Shown: in pieces, positions 9,836-18,048 of the stretch
Layout of the letters: every line of letters begins with the position of its first letter
Position numbering within the stretch: the stretch's first letter is position 1
Assembly (NCBI GenBank): GCA_017483305.1
Contig: JAFULC010000061.1
Coordinates: 200-64,199, forward strand
DNA length: 64,000 nucleotides
Source: Clostridia bacterium
GTDB lineage: Bacteria; Bacillota; Clostridia; Oscillospirales; CAG-272
Reading direction: 5' to 3'
Translations under genes and position numbers: made by a program
The notes under the pieces: model-generated
Databases searched by the model: none
What the model was told of the DNA's origin: nothing
The model's input: only the letters and a program-made list of their open reading frames with translations

Positions 9836-10171
9836 CTACGCGCGGCAGGGGTTCATTTTCCAGCTCCACGCGTTGTTTTCGACCTCTACGTACCCGGGAT
9901 AAGTGAGTGAGATCTGCCAGATTCCGATGCAGGCAAGCTTCATCGCCTCCTCACCGTCCTGCCCGCAGCTCACGTCAGCACATCCCGAGCTGAGCCGATC
10001 AAGGCTCGTTCCCTCGGAGCAAAAGTTTGAAAGATAGCCGCAGAGCGAATAGAATATGCCCGACACGGCGGCGCAAACGATATCGTTGCCCTCGCCACTA
10101 AAGCCTGCGTGGCCTTCTATTTGCAGTCTGAGGCGACCGTCCTCGCGCCTTGAAAACTCCGCCTTAATCAT
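9836..10171 (-). CDS. Prp-family cysteine protease (phage-related ribosomal-protein L27-processing type, DUF464)
   Basis: Catalytic His/Cys motif IEGHAGF...GNDIVCAAVS. Start overlaps the portal stop codon. Confidence 0.85.
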   Translation of the reverse strand: MIKAEFSRREDGRLRLQIEGHAGFSGEGNDIVCAAVSGIFYSLCGYLSNFCSEGTSLDRLSSGCADVSCGQDGEEAMKLACIGIWQISLTYPGYVEVENNAWSWKMNPCRA

Positions 10172-11720
10172 TGTCCTCTTCCTTTCCGTCTCCGTAGAGC
10201 GAGCGGATCGATGCCTTGAGCATCCCGACTCCCTCGAAATCCATCATTTCGAGCATAAGCAGGGTCTGTGCGGCGTTTTCGGGTCTGAACGCGCCCGAGT
10301 CGTAAAGCTCCTTTGCGAACTTGTTTTTCTTCTCGGACTCGCTCGGCGCCTTCTTGACCGCGCTGATCTCGATGTCGAAGTGAGGTCGGTATCCGTCCTC
10401 GCCAGCCCTGATGCTCTTGCCGCAAAAGCCGAGGTATTCTCTCGCGCCGTCGTCACCGACTATGCGGAAAACTCTCGTCTCGTCGTAAAACTGACGTATC
10501 AGCTCGACCACGAGCGCGATTATTCTGATGTAGGCACGGTAGGTCTCCTCTATGCCGTCGCGCGACGCCTTCGCTCCCGCCTCGCGCAAAATGCTTATTG
10601 CCGAAGCCGCGGTGATGCCGCCGCTGATGCCTCCCTGAGAAACATCGAGCGAGCCCGTGACGGTCTTGAGCTCCTCTATCTTGAGCAGCTTCGCATCCAT
10701 CACAGAGTCGTTCATCGGGGATATCTCGATCTGACGGAGCTTTTCCTCGTCAATGTCTCCCTCTACCTCCACGATGCTTCGATCAAGGTCAAGGAACTCC
10801 TTTTCGTTGACTCCGAGGCTTCGCTTCGCCCAGAAGCGCACACGCGACGCCCAATCCGTGTATTCGAGAATGTTCGCATCGATACGGTTGATGTATCTCT
10901 GCGCCTCTGCCGAGGTAGCGATGACTCCAAAGCCATGCGCCTGTCCCGTCGGGTACATTCTGTCGAAAACTATCGGGTACTGACCGTGCTCATACCAGCC
11001 GCAAGGGCAGCTCGGGTCGCTCTCCGAGCTGTAAAGCACGCATTCACCGATGAATTTGCACAGATGGAGCTGAGAGATGCCGTCGGGAAGATACTTTTTA
11101 TAGTACCAATCGACGACGAGGCACTTGCCGTCCGCCGTACTCATTCCGAGTGACGAGGCAAGAGAGCTATCCTGCTCGCGAAGCTGACCGTAGTCAACTC
11201 CGAAGGCTGCCTCAAGCGCGTCGATATCGCTATGCGAGACGATGAAAAGGTTTTGCGAGTCCTGAATATCCCCGACGCCTATCTCCCAGAAAATGTCCTC
11301 CAGAGCAAGCGCGCGGATATCGATATCGCCAAGTCCGTCCTCAAGCGCATTGTTCCAGAAAACTCCGTAAGCGGCGGTGCCGTGCTTGAGCTTCTCCCAG
11401 CAGTTGTCCGAGTAGGTCTGCTCAAAGCCGCACCTTTGCGTTATCACGGGAATAATCTTGGATAAGGTCTCGGCGTATTTTTCATCGCGCTTCTCTCTCG
11501 GGAGACAAACGCAGGACGGAATACTGTCGATCACGTCGGCGTGCTTATTGACTATACTGTTGAATATCCAGGACGACGATTCGCCGCCGGTATAGACCGC
11601 GCGCCATATATCGCCCTCCGACGCTATTCTGCTCTCAAGCTCTGCCTTTTCCCTTTTGTAGCGGATAAGCGTTTTGATGGCAAGAGAGAGGTCGGGGGCT
11701 GCCGTTTTATTTTCGTTCAT
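10164..11720 (-). CDS. Phage portal protein
   Basis: WIFNSIVNKHAD, LPREKRD, KLKHGTAAYGVFW, VVDWYYK, GWYEHGQYP, SGGITAASAI, ELIRQFYD. Sits directly after TerL. Confidence 0.85.
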   Translation of the reverse strand: MNENKTAAPDLSLAIKTLIRYKREKAELESRIASEGDIWRAVYTGGESSSWIFNSIVNKHADVIDSIPSCVCLPREKRDEKYAETLSKIIPVITQRCGFEQTYSDNCWEKLKHGTAAYGVFWNNALEDGLGDIDIRALALEDIFWEIGVGDIQDSQNLFIVSHSDIDALEAAFGVDYGQLREQDSSLASSLGMSTADGKCLVVDWYYKKYLPDGISQLHLCKFIGECVLYSSESDPSCPCGWYEHGQYPIVFDRMYPTGQAHGFGVIATSAEAQRYINRIDANILEYTDWASRVRFWAKRSLGVNEKEFLDLDRSIVEVEGDIDEEKLRQIEISPMNDSVMDAKLLKIEELKTVTGSLDVSQGGISGGITAASAISILREAGAKASRDGIEETYRAYIRIIALVVELIRQFYDETRVFRIVGDDGAREYLGFCGKSIRAGEDGYRPHFDIEISAVKKAPSESEKKNKFAKELYDSGAFRPENAAQTLLMLEMMDFEGVGMLKASIRSLYGDGKEEDND

Positions 11721-11739
11721 TGGGTATGTGTCCTTTCTT

Positions 11740-13218
11740 TTATTTAAATCTTGCCCTTACCGTATAGCTGTCGGAGGCTTGACGGTAAAGGTCGAGCGGG
11801 TCTGCCGAGATAATCAGGCTCTGCCCCGTCTTTTTTAATGCAGGCACGGGGCATTCCATACATACGTAGCGAAGCTCGTCGTATATGTGATCCTCGCCCG
11901 AGGTGTCCACGTCCTCCACGTCGGAGGAATCGTAAACAAGACAAGGAAAGGTCCTGATAAACTGCCGACAGGTCGAGAAAACGTAAAGCCTCGGCTTGCC
12001 GTTCTCGTCAAAGGCAAGACGGTTGTGGACCTGCTGCTTGCCCGCGATCCGCGAGTTGTCGGCGCGGTCCCAATATATTCCCTGCTTTTCCATAATGCCG
12101 CCGATGCTCTCGCCGCCGTTTTTCTGATAGATCGCGGGGTCGGCGACTCCGTGGATAGTCCTGCCCGAGAGGTTTTCGTCCTCGCGCTCGATGCGCTTGA
12201 TCTCGGTCGCGACCTTCTCCGCCTCCCAGCGCACGCCCTCGTTCGGCGTGCCCGTGCAGCCGTAAAGCTCGCGGATGCGGTAAAGCACGCCATCGGTGTC
12301 CTCGGCATACCAGCCTACCGAAAAGGGCCGCGAATATCCCCAGTCGAAGCCGCGGTAGATCCGCCAATGCTTCGGTATTCTGAAGGGCGAGATCACGTGA
12401 GTCGCCGTGCGGTCAAGGTATCGGTCGGGATCGTTCTTCCACTCGGTAAAGACCTGTCCCGAAAAGCCGTTCCAATCGCCGTAAAGCAGTGCCGCACGCT
12501 CGGCTTCGGGGAGCGACGCCAGACGCGTAAGGTAGTCGGGATCGTTCCTTAGCAATATTTCGTTATCAAAGACCGTGGACGGCACAAAGATCCTTGATTT
12601 CCGTCTTTCCTCCTCGTGACCGTCGGGAAATCGGATCTTCACCGTCTCCCAGATCGTAGTCATAGGCGGCGCGGGGGTGATAAATCTTTCCTTGACCCAT
12701 CCGTGACCGATGCCGCCGGGATTCGCCTGCGCTCTCATATAGCACCTCGTGCCCGGGCCGCTCGGTCGGTTTCGCGAGAAAAGATAGCTGTATTCGTCGA
12801 ACGTGAACTGCGTCAGCTCGTCGAAATCGATAAAATCGTAGCGCTTTCCCTGATAATTGTATCGGTCAGAGGCGTGGGCAAGCGAGCCGAAGTATATCTT
12901 CGCACCCGACGGAAAGCGCCAGAAATGTCTTGATTCTTTGTAGACCGCCGCGGGACAAAAGTCCGAATATATCGAATAGGATCGGTCTATAAGCTCGGAG
13001 AGCTGTGGATAGGTCTTGCGGAGTATCAGACCGCGATAATGCGGTATATTGATCTGCCGCAACGCCTCGGCAAGCGCGCAATCCGACTTTCCGCCGCCCG
13101 CCGCGCCGCCGTAAAGAGCCTCGTCCTCAAGTCTTCGCATAAACGCCGCCTGTCTCGGTTGAGGTCTCCAGACTACCCTTTTTTCTCGGGCGTTGCCGCC
13201 CTTTACGTTACCTGACAT
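11740..13218 (-). CDS. Terminase large subunit
   Basis: Q-motif PQPRQ, Walker A YGGAAGGGKS, Walker B FDELTQF, NPGGIGHGWVKERF, nuclease motifs GFDWGYSRPF and EDHIYDELRY. Confidence 0.95.
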   Translation of the reverse strand: MSGNVKGGNAREKRVVWRPQPRQAAFMRRLEDEALYGGAAGGGKSDCALAEALRQINIPHYRGLILRKTYPQLSELIDRSYSIYSDFCPAAVYKESRHFWRFPSGAKIYFGSLAHASDRYNYQGKRYDFIDFDELTQFTFDEYSYLFSRNRPSGPGTRCYMRAQANPGGIGHGWVKERFITPAPPMTTIWETVKIRFPDGHEEERRKSRIFVPSTVFDNEILLRNDPDYLTRLASLPEAERAALLYGDWNGFSGQVFTEWKNDPDRYLDRTATHVISPFRIPKHWRIYRGFDWGYSRPFSVGWYAEDTDGVLYRIRELYGCTGTPNEGVRWEAEKVATEIKRIEREDENLSGRTIHGVADPAIYQKNGGESIGGIMEKQGIYWDRADNSRIAGKQQVHNRLAFDENGKPRLYVFSTCRQFIRTFPCLVYDSSDVEDVDTSGEDHIYDELRYVCMECPVPALKKTGQSLIISADPLDLYRQASDSYTVRARFK

Positions 13219-13232
13219 CGACTCTGCCCTCC

Positions 13233-13724
13233 TCAGCCTTCCTCGTCGATCGTGTCCGCCTCGGGTATCTCGACGACTCCGCCGCCCTCACCCTCGGCAT
13301 CCCTTTCGGGTCGCTCGCTCCATCGCTCGGGCTGACGGTTCTTGAGCCAGAAGATCTCGGCTCGCAGGTCGGCGGGCACGTGGGCGGTGTCAACTCCCGT
13401 CGCAAGCTCCTCGTACTCGCGTATCTTTTTGCCCGTCTGGGGGTCAAACTCGACTCTTTTGAGCTTGTACGTCTTGTCCACCGCCACGTTGTAGCCCGTA
13501 GCCTTCTTATAAAGCGCCCTGACTATATCGTAGTCGGCGTTTTCCTTACCAAGACCGAGCGCCTCGGCAAAATCGGGATACTTGCGCTTCCAGAGTCGGA
13601 ACGTGGGCATCTCAATGCCGCACCCGATCGCGATCTCCTCGTCCGACAAGCCCTCGTCGGCAAGTCGGCGGACTCGCTCAAGTCCGCAGGACTCGAGCCA
13701 GCGCTCGTATTTAGTTCTCGCCAT
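13233..13724 (-). CDS. Terminase small subunit-like HTH protein
   Basis: GLSDEEIA...TFRLWKRKYPDFAEAL, ALYKKATGY, IFWLKNRQPERW. Immediately upstream of TerL. Confidence 0.85.
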   Translation of the reverse strand: MARTKYERWLESCGLERVRRLADEGLSDEEIAIGCGIEMPTFRLWKRKYPDFAEALGLGKENADYDIVRALYKKATGYNVAVDKTYKLKRVEFDPQTGKKIREYEELATGVDTAHVPADLRAEIFWLKNRQPERWSERPERDAEGEGGGVVEIPEADTIDEEG

Positions 13725-14088
13725 CTGTGCTGTGCGCCTTCGCGCTTACTTCGTCATTCGCTTCAGCGGCTTCGCTGTTAGCGAATTTCACAGACACCTC
13801 GTCGTTCGCTTTTGCGTAACCGCCGCATCGCTCAACGGTTATAACGTAATCGTCGCCCACCGTACCGACTATCGCGCGGTAGCTTCCGATGGCATCGCGT
13901 ATCAGCTCCTTGGGCACGCGGACACCGTCGTGCTTTTCGACGAGAAGCGCAAGGTATGCCGAGAGGATGTCGTTGGTCTCTTTATAGCCCCTGCTTCGCT
14001 CTCGCTCGAGCTTTATTTGCTTGTTTTTCAGGGCGATGATGCCTCTGTATATTCTGCTTGTCAGTTTCACTCGCGTACTTCCTTTCAT
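13711..14088 (-). CDS. Hypothetical protein in the capsid operon (true start may be an internal GTG near 14070)
   Basis: 125-aa ORF whose stop overlaps the TerS start. Confidence 0.55.
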   Translation of the reverse strand: MKGSTRVKLTSRIYRGIIALKNKQIKLERERSRGYKETNDILSAYLALLVEKHDGVRVPKELIRDAIGSYRAIVGTVGDDYVITVERCGGYAKANDEVSVKFANSEAAEANDEVSAKAHSTDGEN

Positions 14089-14272
14089 AGTAATATCTAT
14101 CCATTGCCTGATAAAACGGGCAATTCTTATACGCCGTCGGGTGTGCGCAATAGCCGTACACGATCTCGCGGCGCGCTATCCTGTCGGGAAATTTGAATCC
14201 TGCGCATTCGCATCGGATCTTGTCCTTTTCCTTCAGGCTTTGCAAATATGGGCATGTTCCTTGTATCGCCAA
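13982..14272 (-). CDS. Small Cys-rich hypothetical protein, first gene of the capsid operon
   Basis: CPY...IRCEC...YC...YKNCPFY cysteine pattern. TTG start after a GAAAGG RBS. Confidence 0.65.
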   Translation of the reverse strand: MAIQGTCPYLQSLKEKDKIRCECAGFKFPDRIARREIVYGYCAHPTAYKNCPFYQAMDRYYYERKYASETDKQNIQRHHRPEKQANKARARAKQGL

Positions 14273-14336
14273 AATCTTAACCTTTCCGCGCCTGCTCGCT
14301 CGGCAGAATAGAACGAAAGGCAGACGCTATACACTC

Positions 14337-14352
14337 GTTAAGTTTGCTTAAC
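14337..14352. promoter_or_regulatory. Palindromic putative repressor operator GTTAAG-TTTG-CTTAAC
   Basis: Perfect 6-4-6 inverted repeat. Related sites lie at 14773-14788, 14806-14821 and 14836-14851. Confidence 0.55.
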
Positions 14353-14549
14353 TCGGTGCTCAAAAAAATAACCGTCGGATAACGGCTGAAGCTTGAAAAG
14401 ATCCGTGTATCCTTCGATATTCGTTGTGGCATAAGGCTTTTTGACATCGGAGACTGTAATATCAGCGCCCTTGCACACTCAAGCAAGTCATCGCAGGTTC
14501 TGCCCAAAAGCTCTCTGCTTTTGCCTGCTCTGCAACCTTAACTGTGCCA

Positions 14550-14578
14550 ATTATAGCACATTTGTTCTATTTTGTCAA
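14550..14578 (-). promoter_or_regulatory. Sigma-A promoter of the capsid operon, with an SOS-box-like site in the spacer
   Basis: Minus strand TTGACA-aaatagaacaaatgtgc-TATAAT (17-bp spacer, extended TG). GAAC-AAAT-GTGC is one mismatch from GAAC-N4-GTTC. Confidence 0.75.
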
Positions 14579-14805
14579 CCCCCTATAGCGCATTTACAGG
14601 CAAATTTTTCCACAAGGCGAAAATCCTTACGGCATAAAGCTTTTGGAGGTTGATGGGGATGTCGTGGTGAAATTTTTTCTGCAATTTTTTATCATCAGGG
14701 CTCGATTCTCGTTCGCTTGTTTCCCTACCCCTAAGCAAAACTGCGAAAAAGAGCAAAAAACATCAAATTTTAATTAATATTGTTTAACTTTTTTCGAAAA
14801 ACCTA

Positions 14806-14834
14806 TTGACATTTGCTTAACTTTGCGGTATAAT
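14806..14834 (+). promoter_or_regulatory. Sigma-A promoter of the repressor gene
   Basis: TTGACA (14806-14811)-17 bp-TATAAT (14829-14834), overlapped by CTTAAC half-sites. Confidence 0.8.
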
Positions 14835-14899
14835 ATTACAGTAAGCTTAACTAATCACGAAACGTCCTTCGACGTTTGGGAGTTCTAACGAGGTTCCGT

Positions 14900-15520
14900 A
14901 TGACAGATTTTAAAAATCGCCTGGCAGCCGCCATGGCCGAAAAAAATATGAGAGCCGCCGAGCTCTCAAGACGAACGGGGATTTCAAAGCCCCGCTTAAG
15001 TCAATATCTCAGCGGCGTTTACGTTCCGAAGGCAGACGCTATCTGCGCGATGGCTCAGGCTCTGAACGTAAGCGAGACCTACCTCCTCGGCAGCTCCGAC
15101 ACTCCCTCGGTCGCAGAGATAAAGAACGTTAATTTCAAATTTCTTCCCGTCATCGGCGAGATCGCTTGCGGAGCGCCCATTTTCGCCAACGAGGAGGACG
15201 GAGATATGGTCGTTACCGATGCGGAGACCGATGCGGATTTCTGTCTCATCGCCAAGGGCGACAGCATGAAGGACGCACGAATCTGCAACGGAGACACCGT
15301 GTTTATCAAGAAATCCGACACGGTCAACAACGGCGAGATCGCCGCGGTCATCATCAACGACGAGGCTACTCTCAAGCGCGTTTACTACTACCCCGAAAGC
15401 GAAAAGCTTATGCTCATTCCCGAAAACAGCAGCTACGAGCCGCTCGTGTTCGTGGGTCGAGACCTTGAAAAGATACACATCATCGGCAGAGCCGTCGCGT
15501 TTAAATCTGATATAAGATAA
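14900..15520 (+). CDS. CI/LexA-like repressor: XRE HTH plus S24 autopeptidase
   Basis: AAELSRRTGISKPRLSQYLSG HTH, cleavage loop GEIACGAP, catalytic GDSM and TLKR. Divergent from the capsid operon. Confidence 0.92.
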   Translation: MTDFKNRLAAAMAEKNMRAAELSRRTGISKPRLSQYLSGVYVPKADAICAMAQALNVSETYLLGSSDTPSVAEIKNVNFKFLPVIGEIACGAPIFANEEDGDMVVTDAETDADFCLIAKGDSMKDARICNGDTVFIKKSDTVNNGEIAAVIINDEATLKRVYYYPESEKLMLIPENSSYEPLVFVGRDLEKIHIIGRAVAFKSDIR

Positions 15521-15537
15521 GGCATCCGGGAGTCCGA

Positions 15538-15741
15538 TCACCCGAGAAAGTCCTCAATGATCTCGGCTATATGCAGTCGGCTCACTTCCCCGTCGTTTAT
15601 CAGTCGGACAAGCCGCTCGACGCGCTCGCGCTCGAGACTAAGGCTTCGATAATATGAAACTTCGCCGTCAACCTCGGCGACGATGCCAAAGCTCCCGTCC
15701 TCACAGACTATGAGCTTTGCGCTTACAGATAATACAGTCAT
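15538..15741 (-). CDS. Small hypothetical protein (DUF6514-like)
   Basis: SLSLERERVERLVRLINDGEVSRLHIAEIIEDFL. GAAGGA RBS upstream. Confidence 0.6.
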   Translation of the reverse strand: MTVLSVSAKLIVCEDGSFGIVAEVDGEVSYYRSLSLERERVERLVRLINDGEVSRLHIAEIIEDFLG

Positions 15742-16048
15742 TTTTTAATCACGTCCTTCGTGCAGATACTGTGCTTATTATACCACACCCTGCCGCACGG
15801 ATGGATATTCAGATCGGATATTCACGTCTGTCGGATCGTCCGAAAAATGCGATTTCCCTTTTGTTTCAAAGAAAATGCGAAGGTTTGCAAAGCGTCGCGC
15901 ACCATCCGAAGCTTAATATTTATTCATCATTGTTCAAGCAGGCGCTTGTGATTGATTTCTTTTGTGTAAACGGCTTTTGGTGCGAGAAGAAAATATTTGC
16001 ATTCCAATTTCGCATACAAGATAAAATTTGCACTATTTCGAGGACCCT

Positions 16049-16798
16049 ATGTCACAACCCCAAGCAACTCACAGTGGGCATCGCGCCCGAATGAAAAACA
16101 AATTCGCGGAGCACTCAGACAGTGTTTTCTCGGATCACGAGCTTCTGGAGCTTTTGCTCTTTTACGTTATACCGAGAGTAAACGTCAACGAGATCGCGCA
16201 CAGGCTTATCGACGAGCTTGGCTCACTTGAAGCGGTTCTTACCGCAGAGCCCGAGCGACTTTGCAGAGTCGCAGGTGTCGGCAAGGCGACCGCGGAATAC
16301 ATTTCCTTGATAGGCAAGGTAATGAGCCGCGCAAAGCGCGAGACACCCGACCTCAAGCAGACCTTTTCGTCTCTTTCGATGATCGGCGAATTTCTCGTCC
16401 AGTATTATCGCGGATACAACAAGGAAAAGCTTTGCGTGCTTTTCTTCGACTCGAGAATGAAGCTTATCAAGCTCGTAGAGCTCGAGTGCGGAGGACCGAC
16501 CGAGATCGCGGTATCTCCCCAGCAGATCGCAAGAGATGCGGTCATTTACAACGCGTCAAGCGTTCTGATCTCGCACAACCACCCAAGCGGAAGTCTCGAG
16601 CCGAGCTCCGCAGACCACAATCTTTCTCACCTGCTCGACATCACGCTTCGCTCGGTCGGTGTTCCGCTTATCGATCATCTGATCGTCAGCGGCAGCTCCT
16701 TCGTCACAACGATGAGCTCGTCGACAAGCTCGGTGAGATACAACGCCTATTCGGGTACCTACGGAGAGACCTTTGCCAAGGAATTCTTCAACAGCTGA
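16049..16798 (+). CDS. radC: RadC family JAB/MPN protein
   Basis: HSGHRARMK, DHELLELLL, HhH VAGVGKA, JAMM motif SHNHPSG...S..D, IDHLIV. Confidence 0.93.
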   Translation: MSQPQATHSGHRARMKNKFAEHSDSVFSDHELLELLLFYVIPRVNVNEIAHRLIDELGSLEAVLTAEPERLCRVAGVGKATAEYISLIGKVMSRAKRETPDLKQTFSSLSMIGEFLVQYYRGYNKEKLCVLFFDSRMKLIKLVELECGGPTEIAVSPQQIARDAVIYNASSVLISHNHPSGSLEPSSADHNLSHLLDITLRSVGVPLIDHLIVSGSSFVTTMSSSTSSVRYNAYSGTYGETFAKEFFNS

Positions 16799-16951
16799 CC
16801 GAGGGCCGCAGGTAAAAATTTCATAGCGGCGAAAAAAGCAAAAGCTATTGATTTTTCCCTGCATATATATTATCATAAGGTTATATTACACCGCTTGGTG
16901 TGATCTGATAAAATAAAATTTTAGGAATACATAAATCGGAGGATTACAGAA

Positions 16952-17968
16952 ATGGGATTATTTGAACACGACGAAACAATCGACGTTGGCGCTAACATAA
17001 AGGTAGTAGGCGTCGGCGGAGGCGGAAACAACGCTGTTAACAGAATGATCTTCTCCAATCTTCGCGGAGTAGAATTCATTACCGTCAACACAGACCGCAT
17101 GGCACTCAATCGCTCCAACGCTCCCTCTCAGCTCGTTATCGGCGAAAAGCTGACCGGCGGCAGAGGCGCAGGCGCTCGCCCCGAGATCGGTAAGCGCGCT
17201 GCTGAGGAATCTCTCGACGACATCAAGGCTCTCCTCGGCGAGACCGATATGGTCTTCGTTACCGCAGGTATGGGCGGCGGTACGGGTACGGGCGCAGCTC
17301 CCGTAGTTGCTCGCATCGCAAAGGAAATGGGTATTCTTACCATCGGTATCGTTACCCGTCCCTTCTCCTTTGAGGGTAAGGTAAGAGCAAAGAACGCAGA
17401 GGACGGTATTGCCGAGCTCTCCAAGTTCGTCGACTCTCTCATCATCATCCCCAACGACAAGCTCAAGGAAGCAAGCGATCAGAGAATTACGCTCAGAAAC
17501 GCTTTTGAGGTTGCCGACAGCGTGCTCTACACCGGTGTTAAGAGCATTTCCGACCTCGTAAACGGCGAGTCCTTCATCGGTCTCGACTTCGCAGACGTAT
17601 CCACCATTATGAGAGACGCAGGCTACGCTCACATGGGTACAGGCGCGGCTACGGGTAAGGACAAGGCAGAGATCGCTGCAAAGGCTGCTATTTCCAGCCC
17701 CCTTCTCGAATCCTCCATCAAGGGCTCTCACGGTATTCTTATCAGATTCGTTGTTTCTCCCGACGTTGGTCTCGAGGACGCAGAGCTTGCAGCTACCCTC
17801 ATTCAGAACGAGGCTCATCCCGATGCGAACATCATCTGGGGTGTCGGCTTTGACGACGAGCTTGAGGACGAGATGCAGATCACTATCATCGCTACCGGCT
17901 TCGACAAGAAGGCAGAGGAAGCAGACGACCGTTGGGGCGACCTTATCGGCGGCATCAAGTCTAAGTAA
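16952..17968 (+). CDS. ftsZ: Cell division protein FtsZ
   Basis: [17 protein letters not shown], tubulin motif [15 protein letters not shown]. Confidence 0.98.
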   Translation: MGLFEHDETIDVGANIKVVGVGGGGNNAVNRMIFSNLRGVEFITVNTDRMALNRSNAPSQLVIGEKLTGGRGAGARPEIGKRAAEESLDDIKALLGETDMVFVTAGMGGGTGTGAAPVVARIAKEMGILTIGIVTRPFSFEGKVRAKNAEDGIAELSKFVDSLIIIPNDKLKEASDQRITLRNAFEVADSVLYTGVKSISDLVNGESFIGLDFADVSTIMRDAGYAHMGTGAATGKDKAEIAAKAAISSPLLESSIKGSHGILIRFVVSPDVGLEDAELAATLIQNEAHPDANIIWGVGFDDELEDEMQITIIATGFDKKAEEADDRWGDLIGGIKSK

Positions 17969-17983
17969 TTTCACTTATAATTT

Positions 17984-18019
17984 AAAAGGGTCCGACTCCA
18001 ATAGGGGTCGGATCCTTTT
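17984..18019. terminator. Bidirectional terminator between ftsZ and sigG
   Basis: AAAAGGGTCCGACTCC-AATA-GGGGTCGGATCCTTTT. Confidence 0.8.
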
Positions 18020-18048
18020 GTTTTTGGGGAGTGACGTATCAGAACGAC

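Noticed and set aside
14277-14507. 76-aa ORF in the capsid operon leader
   Set aside because: No clear RBS or recognisable motif. Treated as untranslated leader.
7329-15520. Complete, inducible temperate prophage
   Set aside because: No integrase, excisionase, replication, tail or lysis genes and no flanking att repeats were seen. A recently truncated prophage remnant cannot be excluded without comparative data.
14900-15520. Host SOS repressor lexA
   Set aside because: The N-terminus is an XRE/CI-type HTH, not the LexA winged helix, so no gene symbol was assigned.
16049-16798. radC as part of a mobile element
   Set aside because: It is the full-length chromosomal type with an N-terminal HhH region, not the short JAB-only form typical of mobile elements.
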